A stretch of 6,902 nucleotides of DNA from a virus (taxonomy: Duplodnaviria > Heunggongvirae > Uroviricota > Caudoviricetes): the IMG/VR virus record IMGVR_UViG_2671180849_000001; one strand, given 5' to 3'. The notes under the pieces were generated by a model that saw only the letters and a list, made by a program, of their open reading frames with translations, did no database searches and was not told the DNA's origin. Below, piece by piece: positions 5,345 through 6,902 of this stretch. Made by a program: the position numbers and the translations under genes. Every line of letters starts with the position of its first letter. The first letter of the stretch is position 1.

Positions 5345-6052
5345 TCACGAACTTTTAATCCATTCCCTTGCCTCGATGTCATCTAGGTGGCGAGATTGCT
5401 TCAAAATACCAGCCACATACTCCACCTTTGCTACTTGATGATAAGGCAACGTTATTGGCCTGTGGTCTTGATTGATGCTTGTAAATTGGTATTCTCCGTC
5501 TCTGTCATAGCCAAGAACCTTGATCATGTTGTGCCCTTCAATGGTTCTGACAAACACTTCATCACCTGGGAATACTTTGGTGTTAGGCTCAATGAGTACA
5601 TATTCTCCTGATTTAATTCTGGGCCACATGCTGTCTCCTTTTACACGAAGACCAAAGGCATCTGGATCATCGCTATAAATCTTGAGCCACCCATCGCGCT
5701 CTTCGGTCATCTCGATGGCACCATCAACACCAAGAATTGCCTCACCAACCACGCGCACTAACCCTTTTTTTAATTTGCCAACAATTGAAAAAGTATCTTC
5801 ATCATTCGCTCCATTTAACGAAGTGCCGTGCTGAAGCCAAACAACATCAACGTTTAGAAATTTCGCAAGCGCATTCATTTTTTCCTGGCGTGGTAAAGAC
5901 TCAGCATTAAACCATTTGCTAACGCCTTTGGACGAAAGAGAAAGGGCACGGGCTATGGCCATTCCCCTACCATGTTCATCAAGACCAGCTTCTTTACAGG
6001 CTTGCGCTAGCCGCTGGGCGAATTCTTTGCGCACTTTTTCATTCTGAACCAT
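5345..6052 (-). CDS. cI: CI-type prophage repressor, 235 aa: N-terminal HTH domain plus C-terminal LexA/S24-like autocleavage domain; not lambda immunity
   Basis: Track ORF MVQNEKVRKEFAQRLAQACKEAGLDEHGRGMAIARALSLSSKGVSKWF... with C-terminal ...LRVKGDSMWPRIKSGEYVLIEPNTKVFPGDEVFV..., the S24-type Ser-containing motif. Divergent from cro across an operator region. Confidence 0.9.
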   Translation of the reverse strand: MVQNEKVRKEFAQRLAQACKEAGLDEHGRGMAIARALSLSSKGVSKWFNAESLPRQEKMNALAKFLNVDVVWLQHGTSLNGANDEDTFSIVGKLKKGLVRVVGEAILGVDGAIEMTEERDGWLKIYSDDPDAFGLRVKGDSMWPRIKSGEYVLIEPNTKVFPGDEVFVRTIEGHNMIKVLGYDRDGEYQFTSINQDHRPITLPYHQVAKVEYVAGILKQSRHLDDIEAREWIKSS

Positions 6053-6130
6053 GAGTACGATACTAAAGCACTTGCAAAAACTTTCAGTTCAATCATAATG
6101 CGTACTGAAAGTACGAAAAAGGGTATTCCT
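6053..6130. promoter_or_regulatory. OR / pRM-pR divergent control region with dyad-symmetric operator candidates and a pR promoter
   Basis: pR on the plus strand: -35 TTGCAA (6072..6077), 16-bp spacer, -10 CATAAT (6094..6099). Palindromes: CGTACTgaaAGTACG (6101..6115), AGTAcgaTACT (6054..6064) and the dyad CTTTCAGT...ACTGAAAG (6081..6111). The cI ATG lies a few bp from the left operator candidate. Confidence 0.5.
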
Positions 6131-6358
6131 ATGCAAAATCTTGATGAGCCGATTAAAGGTGTCGGCATCCCTGAAGTTGCGAAGGCTTGTGGAGTTAGCG
6201 AAAGGGCTGTCTATAAGTGGCTCAAAAACGGCTTCCTCCCTAAGACTGAGTTTTTTGGGAAAACTAAATACGCATCAAAAATCGAAGAGATTTCTGGTGG
6301 CAAATATCAAGCAAGCGAAATGCTTGAAATAAGCAAAAAGAACCTTCTGGCTGCATAA
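6131..6358 (+). CDS. cro: Cro-type repressor, 75 aa, HTH
   Basis: Internal ATG at 6131 of track ORF 6098..6358 gives MQNLDEPIKGVGIPEVAKACGVSERAVYKWLKNGFLPKTEFFGKTKYASKIEEISGG.... First gene of the rightward operon, divergent from cI. Confidence 0.8.
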   Translation: MQNLDEPIKGVGIPEVAKACGVSERAVYKWLKNGFLPKTEFFGKTKYASKIEEISGGKYQASEMLEISKKNLLAA

Positions 6359-6365
6359 GTAACAC

Positions 6366-6400
6366 CGCTCTTTATCAATCTGCACCGCCGACAACGCGGT
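6366..6400 (+). promoter_or_regulatory. nutR: boxA plus P22-type boxB hairpin
   Basis: CGCTCTTTA (boxA, 6366..6374), then ACCGC-cgacaac-GCGGT (6384..6400): a 5-bp stem with a loop containing GACAA, matching the P22 boxB-right as I recall it. Located between cro and cII. Confidence 0.7.
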
Positions 6401-6411
6401 AACTAATTAAG

Positions 6412-6431
6412 CACTCATCGAAAGATGAGTG
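6412..6431 (+). terminator. Hairpin at the tR1 position (CACTCATC-gaaa-GATGAGTG) followed by a T-rich tract
   Basis: 8-bp stem with a GAAA tetraloop, then ttagtgattattta. Sits between nutR and cII where lambda has the (rho-dependent) tR1. The structure is seen directly; its function is inferred. Confidence 0.3.
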
Positions 6432-6464
6432 TTAGTGATTATTTACCTATGGGAATAGTAAGAA

Positions 6465-6761
6465 ATGACACAAACAAGTTACAGCAAACTATCACAGCGC
6501 GACGTTGATCGCGCAGAAACAGATTTACTCATCAACCTGTCAACGCTTACCCAGCGCGGTCTGGCAAAGATGATTGGCTGTCATGAATCGAAGATAAGCA
6601 GAACAGACTGGAGGTTTATTGCTTCGGTCTTGTGTGCTTTCGGAATGGCATCAGACATCAGTCCGATTAGTAGGGCTTTTAAGTATGCGCTTGATGAAAT
6701 CACAAAGAAAAAACGCCCGGCGGCAACCGAGCGTTCTGAACAAATCCAGATGGAATTCTGA
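6465..6761 (+). CDS. cII: CII transcriptional activator (lysogeny establishment), 98 aa; C-terminus lambda-identical, N-terminal/HTH part divergent
   Basis: Track ORF MTQTSYSKLSQRDVDRAETDLLINLSTLTQRGLAKMIGCHESKISRTDW...; the tail ...KKRPAATERSEQIQMEF matches lambda CII as I recall it. A 32-nt gap to O, as in lambda. Confidence 0.85.
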   Translation: MTQTSYSKLSQRDVDRAETDLLINLSTLTQRGLAKMIGCHESKISRTDWRFIASVLCAFGMASDISPISRAFKYALDEITKKKRPAATERSEQIQMEF

Positions 6762-6784
6762 GGTCATTACTGGATCAATCCACA
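6707..6784 (-). ncRNA. oop: oop antisense RNA (~77 nt) overlapping the 3' end of cII; includes its intrinsic terminator
   Basis: Position corresponds to lambda oop. Terminator on the minus strand: CGCTCGG-ttgccg-CCGGGCG (plus 6714..6733, one mismatch) followed by TTTTTT (plus A-run 6708..6713). The pO promoter lies just upstream. Confidence 0.6.
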
Positions 6785-6790
6785 GGAGTC

Positions 6791-6819
6791 ATTATGACAA
6801 ATACAGCAAAAATACTCAA
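6791..6819 (-). promoter_or_regulatory. pO promoter for oop RNA (-35 TTGAGT, 17-bp spacer, -10 CATAAT), lying within the start of O
   Basis: Minus strand reads TTGAGT-atttttgctgtatttgt-CATAAT-gactcctg, placing the transcription start near 6783, the expected oop 5' end. Confidence 0.55.
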
Positions 6820-6902
6820 CTTCGGCAGAGGTAACTTTGCCGGACAGGAGCGTAATGTGGCAGATCTCGATGATGGTTACGCCAGACTATCAAATATGCT
6901 GC
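6794..6902 (+). CDS. O: Replication initiator O, N-terminal 36 codons; continues beyond the window end
   Basis: ATG at 6794 preceded by AGGAG; translation MTNTAKILNFGRGNFAGQERNVADLDDGYARLSNML matches the lambda O N-terminus as I recall it. Confidence 0.9.
   Translation, partial: MTNTAKILNFGRGNFAGQERNVADLDDGYARLSNML

Noticed and set aside
4329-5611. Track ORFs 4329..4553 (+), 4683..4910 (-), 5056..5250 (+), 5072..5278 (+) and 5387..5611 (+)
   Set aside because: Each is nested within or antisense to the longer cassette genes or cI, in alternative frames. Treated as shadow ORFs.
6465-6500. Possible pRE (CII-activated) promoter on the minus strand at the cII start
   Set aside because: Only a partial TTGC-N6-TTGT match was seen (plus-strand ACAA-N6-GCAA near 6474..6487). 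That is too weak to call without comparative data.
6141-6834. Track ORFs 6141..6332 (+) and 6619..6834 (+)
   Set aside because: Out-of-frame overlaps of cro and of the cII-O junction. The O start at 6794 is in a different frame from 6619..6834 and matches the known O N-terminus.

Overview
This window is the early-left / immunity / early-right segment of a mosaic lambdoid (lambda-family) phage or prophage from an enterobacterium. The leftward (minus-strand) operon reads N (P22-type) - orf28 - ral - ea10 - cIII - kil - gam - bet - exo (exo is cut by the window start). To its right lie a non-lambda CI repressor with divergent pRM/pR, cro, nutR, cII, the antisense oop RNA and the start of O. Proteins from exo to orf28, the cII C-terminus and the O N-terminus match my memory of phage lambda; N and both nut sites are P22-type; CI and Cro are a different immunity type. 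Two things stand out. First, a two-gene cassette (3941..5247, minus strand, 258-aa and 180-aa proteins I cannot assign to any family, visibly AT-richer than the neighbours) sits between cI and the pL/nutL/N region, exactly where lambda carries rexA-rexB; this is the best candidate for an undescribed exclusion or anti-phage defence system. Second, an imperfect 203-bp tandem duplication spans the cIII/kil/gam junction, giving a prematurely stopped cIII, two kil alleles and a duplicated gam start fused in frame to kil. All identifications are from reading the sequence and recalled protein sequences; no database search was run.
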